Numbered from the stretch's first letter, positions 29,371-39,227 are shown. The stretch is 64,000 bases of DNA from Bacillota bacterium (GCA_050949175.1 JBMNFG010000006.1:6588-70587); one strand, 5' to 3'. The notes: a model not told the origin generated them from the letters alone. Made by a program: numbers and translations.

Positions 29371-30505
29371 AGTAGCCAAGTATCAACTGAATAAGCACGG
29401 CGAGGAACTCTGCGGCGACAGCGTGGAGGTGGAAACCTGCCCTGACTCCACCATAGTTGTGCTTTCGGACGGGCTAGGGAGCGGGGTCAAGGCCAATATT
29501 CTCTCATCACTGACCACAAAGATGGCTGTTACCATGCTCAAAGGCGGACTGAAGCTCGATGAAGTTGTTGAGGCTTTTGTCCACACTCTACCTGTGTGTG
29601 AGAGAAGGCAGCTTGCCTACTCGACCTTCAGCATACTGCAGATTTTCAGCGACGGAAATGTGTATCTCGCTGAATACGACAGCCCTCCCGCGTTCATAGG
29701 ACGTGGAAGCCGGCTTCGCAGTGTGCGGAGATCAGAGCGGATTATAGATGAGAGAAAAATCAGCGAGGCTTTCTTTTCTGTTGAAGATGGGGATTGGATT
29801 GTATTGACAAGTGACGGAGTCCTGCATGCCGGCATCGGAGGGATATGGAACATCGGCTGGGGCTGGGACAAGGTGGGAGATTACATCTCGTCCGCTGCAG
29901 TCAGGACCAAGCTTGCGTCTGAACTGGCAGAGGAAATCGCTGAGGTAACTTCAAAGCTATATGCATTCAAGCCTGGAGACGACGCTACTGTAGTCGCTAT
30001 TCGGGTTAGGTACCCGCGTCACCTCACGATGCTTGTAGGCCCTCCGGTCAACCCTGAAGATGACTGCGAGGTTGTGCATAAACTGTTGACCTCGCCGGGC
30101 AAGAAAGTAGTATGCGGAGGCACCACAGGCAATATTGTAGCACGCATCCTCGGGCGGCCGATAATGGTAGATCTTACCCGACATGATGAAGGAGTTCCCC
30201 CCATCGGCCATCTGGAAGGGATAGACCTCGTCAGCGAAGGCATGTTGACACTTTCCTATACTTTGGAAAAGCTGGAATCAGGTATTAAGCTGCGGGACGC
30301 TGCCATGAAGTGTGATGGTGCAAGCCTTTTGACATCACTGCTCCTTGAGGCTGACTGCCTTCATATAATCGTCGGCAGGGCGATAAACCCTGCCCATCAA
30401 AGCCCTGATGTTCCCCGGAATCTTGCATTGAAACATAAGATTGTCCAGGGGTTGGTCCAGGTTTTGCAGGACATGGGCAAGACTGTCACGGTGGAGTACT
30501 ACTAG
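29351..30505 (+). CDS. PP2C/SpoIIE-type serine phosphatase (HfsC-like) with an uncharacterised C-terminal domain of about 160 aa
   Basis: PPM motifs ELCGDSVEV, VVLSDGLGSG and VLTSDGVLHAGIGG. The start overlaps hydS, and GAGGAGGAGGG precedes the ATG at 29351. The C-terminal region (VVCGGTTGNIVAR...) has no obvious family. Confidence 0.75.
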   Translation: MGRLHVEVAKYQLNKHGEELCGDSVEVETCPDSTIVVLSDGLGSGVKANILSSLTTKMAVTMLKGGLKLDEVVEAFVHTLPVCERRQLAYSTFSILQIFSDGNVYLAEYDSPPAFIGRGSRLRSVRRSERIIDERKISEAFFSVEDGDWIVLTSDGVLHAGIGGIWNIGWGWDKVGDYISSAAVRTKLASELAEEIAEVTSKLYAFKPGDDATVVAIRVRYPRHLTMLVGPPVNPEDDCEVVHKLLTSPGKKVVCGGTTGNIVARILGRPIMVDLTRHDEGVPPIGHLEGIDLVSEGMLTLSYTLEKLESGIKLRDAAMKCDGASLLTSLLLEADCLHIIVGRAINPAHQSPDVPRNLALKHKIVQGLVQVLQDMGKTVTVEYY

Positions 30506-30612
30506 CCTTCGATCAGTGTCAACAGCCGACTGCTTGACATAATATATTGTGATTGCAGGAAGGTCTGAGACATGTCCTTTCTGAGGCAGGCTATTTGAAG
30601 GAGGCTAGCCGT

Positions 30613-30723
30613 ATGACAGACATTAGCAAGCCGAAATCCGGTTTATTCGGAAACTCATGTTGGTGGATTATACTCATCATAATCTTACTCGCCATTCTTT
30701 GCTGCTGTTGTCTCGGAATCTAG
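30613..30723 (+). CDS. Candidate 37-aa membrane peptide with a Cys-rich tail (MTDISKPKSGLFGNSCWWIILIIILLAILCCCCLGI)
   Basis: Strong RBS GAAGGAGG 8 nt upstream of the ATG. Single hydrophobic helix. Terminator hairpin immediately downstream. Too short for the ORF track. Confidence 0.4.
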   Translation: MTDISKPKSGLFGNSCWWIILIIILLAILCCCCLGI

Positions 30724-30764
30724 ATTGCTACAGGGCTTGGCTAGAGATTTGACACCTTTAATCC

Positions 30765-30800
30765 GGGGGTCTGTTGAAAACCACAGGCCCTCTCTTTATT
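30765..30800 (+). terminator. Intrinsic terminator (GGGGGTCTGT...ACAGGCCC plus TCTCTTTATT) ending the hydrogenase/hfs transcription unit. It overlaps the 3' end of the convergent deacetylase gene.
   Basis: 8-bp stem with one mismatch, followed by a T-rich run. Confidence 0.5.
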
Positions 30801-31665
30801 CAGACCCTTCCATTTTCTCAGCTTCTTCAGCTTCTTTCTTCCGTTCGTTTTGAAGCCTTACTTCTTCTAAGATCTCGCTGGCTGTGTGGAAACTGTAACC
30901 TTCAGATTGGAGCGTTTCAATAATGTGGGGGAGGGCAGCTACTGAGCCTGAGAGGTCCTCATCCGGACCGCCTGATGAGTGCTGTAGGACGATAACGCCT
31001 TTCTCTACTTTAGGAAGGATGTTCTCGACGACTTCTTCCTTGGAAAGGCCCCACCAATCCAGTGAATCCACTGTCCACAGGAGGATGCTGTATCCTTCGT
31101 CACCGATAGCCTTGACTGCAGGCGGATCAAGGGCTCCATATGGTGGGCGCATGACCAAGACATCGTCTCCCGTGATATCCGAAAAGACTTCTCTGGCCTT
31201 TCTCAGGTCGAGAAGAACTTGCCAAGGCGCCATCCGGGAGAGGTTCGAATGGAAATAGGTATGATTGCCGATTTCATGGCCTTCTCTGTGAATTCTCTCT
31301 ACGATATCCCGATGGCTTTCTGCCAGACTTCCTATTAAGAAGAATGTGGCCCGCACCCCGTACTCAGACAATATGTCAAGGATTTGAGGAGTGTAGATAT
31401 CATCAGGGCCGTCATCGAATGTCAAGGCGATTTTCTTTTTTTCCGGGTTCCATTGCCTTATGACAATCTCCGGAAACAGGCTCACCAGGTCGGCAGACTC
31501 AGGCGTCCTGCTCTCTCGCTCCGAACCGTCAGTGTACCTGGGCAGAGTTGCCTCACCTAGCCATTCTGACTGCAGCAAGCTGTCTATTGCCTGAGGCCTG
31601 AGGATTGCTACTATCACCGCGATGACGATCCCTAACGCAATATGAAGGAGCGTTTCAGCTTTCAA
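30796..31665 (-). CDS. Polysaccharide deacetylase (NodB homology domain, CE4) with an N-terminal membrane anchor
   Basis: Motifs KKIALTFDDGPD, HEIGNHTYFH and PPYGALD. N-terminal TM helix. Confidence 0.85.
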   Translation of the reverse strand: MKAETLLHIALGIVIAVIVAILRPQAIDSLLQSEWLGEATLPRYTDGSERESRTPESADLVSLFPEIVIRQWNPEKKKIALTFDDGPDDIYTPQILDILSEYGVRATFFLIGSLAESHRDIVERIHREGHEIGNHTYFHSNLSRMAPWQVLLDLRKAREVFSDITGDDVLVMRPPYGALDPPAVKAIGDEGYSILLWTVDSLDWWGLSKEEVVENILPKVEKGVIVLQHSSGGPDEDLSGSVAALPHIIETLQSEGYSFHTASEILEEVRLQNERKKEAEEAEKMEGSE

Positions 31666-31791
31666 GGCAGACCCTCCGGAATGCTTTTTTGTCCGTCGTT
31701 CTGCTTTAGCTTGCTCCCGGTTTTCAGAACTAATTCCTTTTGTCTTGTCGTCAATATGAAGAGTCTAGACACTCAAAGATGGAACCTGCGA

Positions 31792-33807
31792 TTACCCCGA
31801 CGCTTGTGTATTAGCGCTTCCTGACATCTCGGGGTACGTCCCTCGCGAACCATAGCGTCTACGAAAGACCCTTGTAGCATTTAAGATGGCAAGCAATGCA
31901 ACGCCCACGTCTGCGAAGACAGCTTCCCACATTGTTGCTGTGCCCAGCAGCCCTCTGATTATGAAGGCACCTTTCACTGTCAGAGCCAGGGCGATGTTTT
32001 GGAGTACGATCCTTCTGGTATGGAGCGCTACGCGGATTGCTGTTCCGAGCTTGGACGGCTTATCGTCCATTATCACCACATCAGCCGCTTCAATCGCTGC
32101 ATCACTTCCCAATGCGCCCATGGCAATTCCTACGTCTGCCCTGATGATCACAGGTGCATCGTTGATTCCGTCTCCCACGAAGGCAAGACGGTTTCTGCGT
32201 CCGCTTGGAAGCTTTGCGGCCAGTTCTTCAACCTTTCTGACTTTATCTTCAGGAAGCAGGTTTGCGTACATATCGCTGATTCCTACTTGCTCTGCCACAT
32301 CATTTGCGATTTGCAGGTTGTCACCTGTCAGCATGACTATGGACTCAACACCCAGGGTTTTCAGTTCGTTCATAGCTTCCCTTGCATCAGGCTTAATCTC
32401 ATCTGAGACAATGATGTACCCTGCAAAAACTCTGTCTACTGCCACATACACGACTGTGCGCTTCAGGTCGCACGAATCGTGGGGAATGTTCTCCATGTGC
32501 ATCAGTTCATCGTTTCCTGCGATGATTTCTTTTCCGTCGATTAAAGCTGTGACGCCGCGCCCCGGGATTTCGCGGTAGCTTTGAACGATTTTGGCTGACG
32601 GGGTCATGCCGTAAGCGTCTAAGATCGATTTTGCAATCGGGTGATTGGAACTGTACTCAGCCAGGGCTGCGAACCTGAGAACTTCGTCTTCCGTAAACCC
32701 GTTGCGTGTTGCGATTTCAGTTACCTTGAACACGCCTTTTGTGAGAGTCCCTGTTTTATCTGTAACGACTGTATGGAGGGAGGTCAATGCATCAAGGAAG
32801 TTCGCGCCTTTCACAAGAATACCGTGGCGGGATGCAGAACCAATGCCTCCGAAATACCCAAGGGGTATAGAAATCACCAGCGCGCACGGACATGATATGA
32901 CAAGCAGCACCAAGCCGCGGTACATCCACTCTGAAAATGTGGCTCCCGGGATTACAAGGGGAGGGACAAAAGCTATAGCGGCAGCTGCCAGCGTAACAAA
33001 AGGAGTATAATACCGGGAAAAAGTCGTAATAAACCGCTCAGTAGGGGCTTTGCGAGTCGACGCATCTTCTACAAGATGCATGATCCTGGCTATGGACGAC
33101 TCGTAGGCCTTCTTTTCAACACAGATTTCAATGATCCCTTGACTATTAACCATTCCTGCAAGGGCAGTGCTTCCAGGTGATACTCTTCGAGGAACAGACT
33201 CTCCTGTAAGTGCAGATGTATCCACGAAAGATGAGCCTTCTACAACTCGTCCGTCCAACGGGATCCTTTCCCCGGGCTTTACGACGATTATGTCGCCGAT
33301 ATTGACGCTGTCAGGATGGACAACCTCGATTTCATAGCCGCCATGGTCCTTCAGCACCTTCAAATTCGCGCTGTCCGGACGAATCTCTATAAGGCTCGCA
33401 ATAGCCTTCCTTGACTTATCCAGTGCAAGGTCTTGGAGGTATTCGCCAACATCAAAAAAGAGCATGACACTGACTGCTTCAGGCAGCTCGTGTATGACAA
33501 AAGCGCCAAGTGTTGCCACGCTCATAAGGAAGAACTCATCGAACACCTTGCCGTAGAAGAGATGAGTGACGGCTTGCCGCAACACTTTTCCGCCAACCAG
33601 CAAATAAGCTGTGACGAAAATGACGTATTCCATGAACACATAAGGTGTCCCATGGAGCTTAGGTTCGAAGACAATGCCGATTAACAGAAGGGTTGCAGAT
33701 GCGATTATCGCTGCAGGCCGCATCAATGTATTACCGTTGCTTTCGTGCCCATGGTGACCTATATGCGCCCCACGGGATGTGTTCGATTCATCGTGATGTA
33801 CCAGCAT
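31792..33807 (-). CDS. P1B-type heavy-metal-translocating ATPase (Zn/Cd/Co/Pb-type) with a His-rich N-terminus
   Basis: CPC metal-translocation motif SCPCALVISIP. Phosphorylation site DKTGTLT. Hinge motif GDGINDAP. N-terminus HIGHHGHESNGN. No classic CxxC HMA domain. Confidence 0.9.
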   Translation of the reverse strand: MLVHHDESNTSRGAHIGHHGHESNGNTLMRPAAIIASATLLLIGIVFEPKLHGTPYVFMEYVIFVTAYLLVGGKVLRQAVTHLFYGKVFDEFFLMSVATLGAFVIHELPEAVSVMLFFDVGEYLQDLALDKSRKAIASLIEIRPDSANLKVLKDHGGYEIEVVHPDSVNIGDIIVVKPGERIPLDGRVVEGSSFVDTSALTGESVPRRVSPGSTALAGMVNSQGIIEICVEKKAYESSIARIMHLVEDASTRKAPTERFITTFSRYYTPFVTLAAAAIAFVPPLVIPGATFSEWMYRGLVLLVISCPCALVISIPLGYFGGIGSASRHGILVKGANFLDALTSLHTVVTDKTGTLTKGVFKVTEIATRNGFTEDEVLRFAALAEYSSNHPIAKSILDAYGMTPSAKIVQSYREIPGRGVTALIDGKEIIAGNDELMHMENIPHDSCDLKRTVVYVAVDRVFAGYIIVSDEIKPDAREAMNELKTLGVESIVMLTGDNLQIANDVAEQVGISDMYANLLPEDKVRKVEELAAKLPSGRRNRLAFVGDGINDAPVIIRADVGIAMGALGSDAAIEAADVVIMDDKPSKLGTAIRVALHTRRIVLQNIALALTVKGAFIIRGLLGTATMWEAVFADVGVALLAILNATRVFRRRYGSRGTYPEMSGSANTQASG

Positions 33808-33852
33808 GCTGTCGCTCCTTTTTTGTTCTGCCGAACTCTGTTCTGTCCGCTG

Positions 33853-34215
33853 TTATCCTCCGGTTCCGGTTGTTTCTTCTGAATAGTGCTCCTTTGCCTG
33901 GCGGATTAAAGTCACGATATGGTCGTCATCCAGCGTATAATACACATGCTTTCCGTCTCTGCTGCGTCTGACGAGGCGCATTGCCCTTAGGAGTCTCAGG
34001 TGGTGGGATACGGCAGGGACAGAAATTCCGAGGATCTCTGCAATATCACAGACACACAACTCCTTAAGGGACAAGAGGTAGATTAGCTTAGTCCGGGTTT
34101 CGTCTCCCAGAACACGAAAGACCTGAGACAACCCATCTACCTCAGATAACATCTCTCTCAGTTGTTTGAGTTCGCCGGTATTTGTATTCACGACGTTTTG
34201 CCCTCCTATTACCAT
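33853..34215 (-). CDS. ArsR/SmtB-family metalloregulator (CadC/CzrA-like), upstream of and co-directional with the P1B ATPase
   Basis: HTH with the metal-site motif ELCVCDIAEILGISVPAVSHHLRLL. Confidence 0.9.
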   Translation of the reverse strand: MVIGGQNVVNTNTGELKQLREMLSEVDGLSQVFRVLGDETRTKLIYLLSLKELCVCDIAEILGISVPAVSHHLRLLRAMRLVRRSRDGKHVYYTLDDDHIVTLIRQAKEHYSEETTGTGG

Positions 34216-34407
34216 TGTCCTGTCACGTTCTTGAGGAGGAAAGTGCAGCGTTAGAAAAACATTTTATCATATAAACAATTGCTTACTTATTATAGTATTT
34301 GCAGTGCTTTTTGTAAAGTCGAGAAGGAGAAATGGCTGTGGTACCGCTAGTAGCGGACACCGAGAACATCGACGATAATAAAGGGAGGATCGTCTGGAGG
34401 TGTCTAA

Positions 34408-34707
34408 ATGGCGAAGCACTATGGCAGGGATACAAAGATAGCTTATGTAGAGCAGATTAGGGCCGGTAAGCTAACAGCGATCGAAGCAGCAAGGGAATTG
34501 GGGTTTCATAAACCAACGATTTATATATGGCTAAAGAAGTACTCAGAAGATGGGGAAAATGCTTTTCCGGGCAGCGGGCACATGAGGCCGGATCTAGAGT
34601 ATGTAAGAAGGCTTGAAAGAGAGAACAGACAGCTAAGGAACGAAAACGAGTTCCTAAAAAAAGCAGCGGCGTACTTTGCAGGAGACCAGAGGAAAAGTAC
34701 GCGATAA
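34408..34707 (+). CDS. IS3-family transposase OrfA (HTH and leucine zipper)
   Basis: Typical OrfA with HTH and basic/leucine-zipper end (RRLERENRQLRNENEFLKKAAAYFA). Confidence 0.85.
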   Translation: MAKHYGRDTKIAYVEQIRAGKLTAIEAARELGFHKPTIYIWLKKYSEDGENAFPGSGHMRPDLEYVRRLERENRQLRNENEFLKKAAAYFAGDQRKSTR

Positions 34708-35561
34708 TTAAAAAACACGGCAATCTGGTCGCCATTAAGCGGGCATGTGAGTTGTGCAAAGTATCACGAAGCGGGTATTACGAATGGCTTAGGAGGCCTA
34801 AAAAGGTAAAGGTAGATGTCTTGCCCCAGAAAGTGAGACGGGTATTCATGGAGAGCAGAAAAACGTATGGCACACGCCGGATTAAGAAGAAGTTAGCAGC
34901 TGAAGAGATCGTTTGGAGTCGGAAGAGAATCAGACGCATAATGGCTGAACAAGGCCTTGTGGCTAAGGCTCGCTGCAAAACCCGTGCTGCTACTGACTCA
35001 AACCATAACCATCCGGTAGCTCCTAATTTACTGGGCGGACGATTTGATGCTGACTACCCTAATCAGGTCTGGGTTACAGATATTACTTATCTTAAAACTC
35101 GTGAAGGCTGGCTGTATTTGGCGGTTGTCATTGACTTATACAGCAGAATGGTAGTGGGTTGGAGCATCAATAACAGAATGACAAAAGACCTTGTCATTAA
35201 TGCGCTTGAAAAAGCTATCAAAAGACGTAATCCTGATCCAGGGCTCATTTGCCATTCGGATCGCGGGAGTCAATACTGTAGCCATGCTTATCAGGATCTG
35301 CTCAAGAAATACGGTTTTTTATGCAGCATGAGCCGCAAAGGTGAATGCCTGGATAATGCAGTTGCGGAAAGCTTCTTCCATAGCCTTAAAGTCGAGTGGA
35401 TATATGGAGAACCACCCGTATCCAGGAATGAAATGTACCGGAGTGTCAGGGAATACATAGAAGTGTTCTATAACCGGCAGAGACTGCATTCAGCAAACGG
35501 ATATCTTTCACCGTGTGATTTTGAGAGAGTTAACGAGTCGACTTTTTTGATGTCCGCTTAG
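34667..35561 (+). CDS. IS3-family transposase OrfB (DDE integrase/rve), expressed as an OrfAB transframe fusion via -1 frameshift
   Basis: rve catalytic region WVTDITYLKTREGWLYLAVVIDLYSRMVVGW...HSDRGSQY...DNAVAESFF. The frame is open upstream to the slippery site. Confidence 0.85.
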
Positions 35562-35886
35562 GCTTGACCAGATCAAAATCTGAAAGAAAGGAGAAAAAGT
35601 ATGTGGTGATATTCGGCATGGGAACAGATAGCGTCCGGCTAGAAGCTGTAATACCTGGCATAGTCGCGCAAGAATGAGTGAGTAAAGTTTTAGTGGGTAC
35701 TGAGTAGAGCACGGGGTAGCGTACCTGGTAGCGTGTGGCGGGATGGCGAGAGTCATCCGGAAAGGTTACAGAATAGCCTGGGACAGAGTACCTGTGGCGA
35801 GGTGCTTGGAAAAAGAAGGACGGAAGGCCTTCACCCTCGAAGAGTTAGTGTGACAGACAAACTCAAAGGGGTGATGAGCTTCCGTC

Positions 35887-37311
35887 ATGAATAGTATTCG
35901 CGATTTTGAGAGAATTACCTTCCGGAAAATAGAGCAAGCCGTATTTAGGATTGCATGCGAAGTTCTGGTTGAAATAATAAAGCCTTTGCTTGAAGGCATG
36001 GATGAGGAGATATTTAAGAAGCGGGATAAGAAAAGATTCAAGCCTATTGATCGTAAAGAACGCACTATAGAATCTATACTGGGCGTACCGGTAACATTTA
36101 AGCGCCGTTATTACAAGGATCTAAAGACAGGCAGTTATACGTTTCTACTGGATGAAGCCTTAGGCCTATCCAAGGGAGCGAGGCAAAGCCCCTTATTGCG
36201 TGAAGTAGCGGTGCATATGGCAGTTGATGGGCCTTCATATAGAACCGCATCAAAAAACCTTGAGCGCATACTTGGAGGCCGGGTGATAAGCCATGAAGGG
36301 ATTAGACAGAACTTAATCAAGGCGTCAGATGAGGCTAAGGCATTGTTTGAGAAAGAAAAGAAACATGAAAGGCCTAAAGAGAATCCCGGGATTATATTTA
36401 TCGAGGTAGACGGAGTACATGCAAGCTTGCAGAAACAATCGAGGAGATCTACTGAAGAGAAAGTAGGAGTTATACATACAGGCTGGGAGCCACGTTCTGA
36501 ATGCCAGGGAGAATACATGCTGAAAGGTAAACGTATAGTTAGGACTCAGTCTTTATCTCCTGAAGAGTTCTGGTCTATCGTAAGTGAGACTGTATATAGG
36601 GAATTTAAAATAAATGAAGACACTGTCATTGTGATTAACGGCGACAGAGCAAACTGGATTCGCATGTTTCGTGAATGGTTTTGTGATTGTAATGTCCTCT
36701 ACCAGATAGACCGTTTTCATCTGCTCAGGACTCTTGGAGGGATTTTCAAAAGGGGAAGCGAGGCTTACTGTAAGTTAAAGGATACGATGGACAAGGACCC
36801 TACAGGGGCCACATTCATGGCAGCCCTGGCTGAGGAGTCAGTAAATCTTTCGGGAAAAAAACAGAAGGAAGCAGAGGCGCTGATTAAGGATCTTGAAGGC
36901 ATTGCAGATAGCGTGTGCGACTATCGAGTTAGGTTAAGTGCTATGGGATATGACATAGAAGGGTTACGTCCTATGGGGGCTGCTGAAGCTCAGATCAATA
37001 CATTTGTACATAGAATCAAAGGTCGTGGGCAAAGCTGGTCGCCCTCGGGTCTTGACGGAATGATGCGCCTGTTAGGCCTAAAGTTCGAAGGCCGCCTCGA
37101 GAAGCTTCTTTATGATTTTGCTGTTACACAAGAGCCTCTTCTGAGGCCTCTTTCTAGTAAGAAGAAGCTCGTGAAAAAAACGGCATTAGAAGTAGCCAAT
37201 ACTCTTATCAAGCGGTATGGAGACATCTGGTCACACTCTATGCCGGTACTGAATGTCGGTAGAACCAGAAGCGGGGACTTGTCAAGGCTATTTCACAGTA
37301 TCGCAGGGTAA
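35887..37311 (+). CDS. ISLre2-family (UPF0236) transposase
   Basis: 474 aa. The N-terminal pattern FRKIEQAVFRIACEV... and the overall architecture are typical of UPF0236/ISLre2 transposases. Adjacent to the IS3 element. Family assignment is from memory, not a search. Confidence 0.55.
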   Translation: MNSIRDFERITFRKIEQAVFRIACEVLVEIIKPLLEGMDEEIFKKRDKKRFKPIDRKERTIESILGVPVTFKRRYYKDLKTGSYTFLLDEALGLSKGARQSPLLREVAVHMAVDGPSYRTASKNLERILGGRVISHEGIRQNLIKASDEAKALFEKEKKHERPKENPGIIFIEVDGVHASLQKQSRRSTEEKVGVIHTGWEPRSECQGEYMLKGKRIVRTQSLSPEEFWSIVSETVYREFKINEDTVIVINGDRANWIRMFREWFCDCNVLYQIDRFHLLRTLGGIFKRGSEAYCKLKDTMDKDPTGATFMAALAEESVNLSGKKQKEAEALIKDLEGIADSVCDYRVRLSAMGYDIEGLRPMGAAEAQINTFVHRIKGRGQSWSPSGLDGMMRLLGLKFEGRLEKLLYDFAVTQEPLLRPLSSKKKLVKKTALEVANTLIKRYGDIWSHSMPVLNVGRTRSGDLSRLFHSIAG

Positions 37312-37590
37312 TGATTCGTCTAACGCTCAATTGACATAATCAAGCCTTTAACTCATCAAAGCCTAGCATAGGGGTAGTATTCTAGCGTGGCACGTTACGC
37401 ATGCTTTGTCGAGTCATTCGTGGTGGAGATTTATGTCTCATTGAAAACCAGATAATGCAAACCACTGACTCTCGAGGGCGGATGAAAAAGTACCCACCAA
37501 AGCTTGACTCAGACTACCCCCTGGGGTTTAGTTGCCCCAAGGCTGTACTGAGTATATAATAAAGCTTGGTGCTGTTTTCCTGAAAGAAAG

Positions 37591-38985
37591 TTGACGGTGA
37601 TTGGACTGAGTACATACAAAAATGAAGTACAACAACATGGAACTCTTTCGCGTCCCGATTCATTAAGTGCCGTACGCAGGCAGGTCCTTCAGCTTGCAGG
37701 GCCATCCCTGGTGGAAATGGCTTTGGTCTCTTTTGTAAATATGGCAGACATGATGATGGTTGGAAGATTGGGGCCTGCAGCTATTGCAGCAGTCGGATTG
37801 ACAAACCAGCCGGTGTTCTTTGCCATGGCTGTTTTCATTGCTCTTAATGTGGGCACAACTGCAGTTATTGCGCGCGCTATAGGGGCAGGCGAGGACCAAG
37901 TTGCCAATGATGCCATGCGTCAAAGCCTGATGCTGGTCATAGCAATGGGACTTGTAGTAAGCGCCTTGGGTTTTGCTTTTGCAGCAAATGTTCTGAAGTT
38001 TATGGGTGCTGAGGCAGATGTGGTTCCCTTGGGAACCGGCTATATGAGGATTATCGCAGCAGGCGGCCCGTTCATGGTAGTAGCCATGAGCCTTACCGCT
38101 GCACTCCGAGGAGCAGGGGACACAGTTTCACCCATGAAAGCCAATATGGTCGCAAATGTCACTAACGTCATAGGGAACTACCTGTTGATTTACGGGAAAT
38201 TCGGGTTTCCGCGATTGGGAGTGGCCGGTGCTGCTTTGGCTACAAGCTTTGCTAGGGTCATAGCTTTTTTGCTTCTCCTCAGGGTAGTCATGTCAGGTAA
38301 TACCCATTTACATTTAACCGGCCCTTTCGCGCTTAACAAGGAGCTCTTTGAAAGGATCATTCGAGTCGGAGCGCCGTCTGCAGGAGAACAAATAGTCTTG
38401 CGCGGAGGGCAATTGGTCTATCTAAAGATAGTTGCAGGCTTCGGAACTACTGTCGTAGCCGCCCATCAAGTCGGAATGAACATCCTGAACCTTTCATTTA
38501 TGCCTGGAATGGCATTTGCCGTAGCCGCTACAACCCTGGTCGGCCAAGGCCTCGGTGCAGGCATGCCTGACGCAGCCGAGGAGTGGGCAAGGGAAACAAG
38601 GAAAATGGGGATGTTTGTGTCAGGTTGTATGGCCTTGATGTTTATTCTGTTCGGCAAGTACATCGCCATGTTGTATACCAACGACCCTGAAGTAATAGTA
38701 CGTACTGCTACTGTCCTCAGGATCCTTGGGCTTGTCCAGCCTGCTCAATCCACACAGTTTATACTTGCAGGCGGGCTTAGGGGCGCAGGGGATACCAAGT
38801 GGCCGTTATACTCAACTGCTGTAGGTGTATGGGGATTTCGAGTAGCGGTAGGGTACTTTCTTGCTGTTGTAATGGGCCTTGAGCTTGTCGGCGCCTGGAT
38901 GGGTATGGCAATCGACCAGGTGGCGCGATCAGCTATTATCGGTTTACGCTTCAAAAGCGGCAAATGGAAGTCGGCAAGAGTGTAG
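37591..38985 (+). CDS. MATE-family multidrug/sodium-driven efflux transporter (NorM-like)
   Basis: 12-TM protein with MATE N-terminal signature ...QVLQLAGPSLVEMALVSFVNMADMMMVGRLGPAAIAAVGL. Confidence 0.85.
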   Translation: MTVIGLSTYKNEVQQHGTLSRPDSLSAVRRQVLQLAGPSLVEMALVSFVNMADMMMVGRLGPAAIAAVGLTNQPVFFAMAVFIALNVGTTAVIARAIGAGEDQVANDAMRQSLMLVIAMGLVVSALGFAFAANVLKFMGAEADVVPLGTGYMRIIAAGGPFMVVAMSLTAALRGAGDTVSPMKANMVANVTNVIGNYLLIYGKFGFPRLGVAGAALATSFARVIAFLLLLRVVMSGNTHLHLTGPFALNKELFERIIRVGAPSAGEQIVLRGGQLVYLKIVAGFGTTVVAAHQVGMNILNLSFMPGMAFAVAATTLVGQGLGAGMPDAAEEWARETRKMGMFVSGCMALMFILFGKYIAMLYTNDPEVIVRTATVLRILGLVQPAQSTQFILAGGLRGAGDTKWPLYSTAVGVWGFRVAVGYFLAVVMGLELVGAWMGMAIDQVARSAIIGLRFKSGKWKSARV

Positions 38986-38993
38986 CCTCTTTC

Positions 38994-39022
38994 TTGACAA
39001 ACGCCTAGCCAAGGCATATTGT
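38994..39022 (+). promoter_or_regulatory. Sigma-70-type promoter (TTGACA-17-TATTGT) driving the mgtE leader
   Basis: Perfect -35 hexamer, 17-nt spacer and 4/6 -10 hexamer. Confidence 0.5.
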
Positions 39023-39227
39023 AAAATGTGGAGGGAAATCGCAGGTGTTGCCTTATAGGCCTCTCTACAACTTAAACACTCCGCGAAGGGGGATGATGAT
39101 ATTGGATGCCGACCCTGGAGGTAGTGGGAGGGTCCGGTTTCTGGTCAATGTGTTCTTATGCGTCATAAAGAGCCCGTCATGTGCATCTCCCGGAGAGGGG
39201 TTACCTTGATTTTGTTTGCTATTGTTA

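Larger units (their letters stand above)
34330..35650 (+). mobile_element. IS3-family insertion sequence (orfA/orfB with a programmed -1 frameshift). Boundaries are approximate.
   Basis: OrfA has an HTH domain. OrfB has an rve integrase domain. The slippery heptamer A_AAA_AAA at 34664-34670 gives an open -1 frame into orfB. Clean terminal IRs could not be defined by eye. Confidence 0.7.

Noticed and set aside
31886-32578. 230-aa and 135-aa plus-strand ORFs
   Set aside because: They are antisense to the P1B ATPase gene, low-complexity Ser/Ala-rich translations. Shadow ORFs.
34330-35650. Exact terminal inverted repeats and target-site duplication of the IS3 element
   Set aside because: Only weak, ambiguous matches were found by eye (around CTAG..CGGAC). 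The boundaries are approximate and need ISfinder or alignment.
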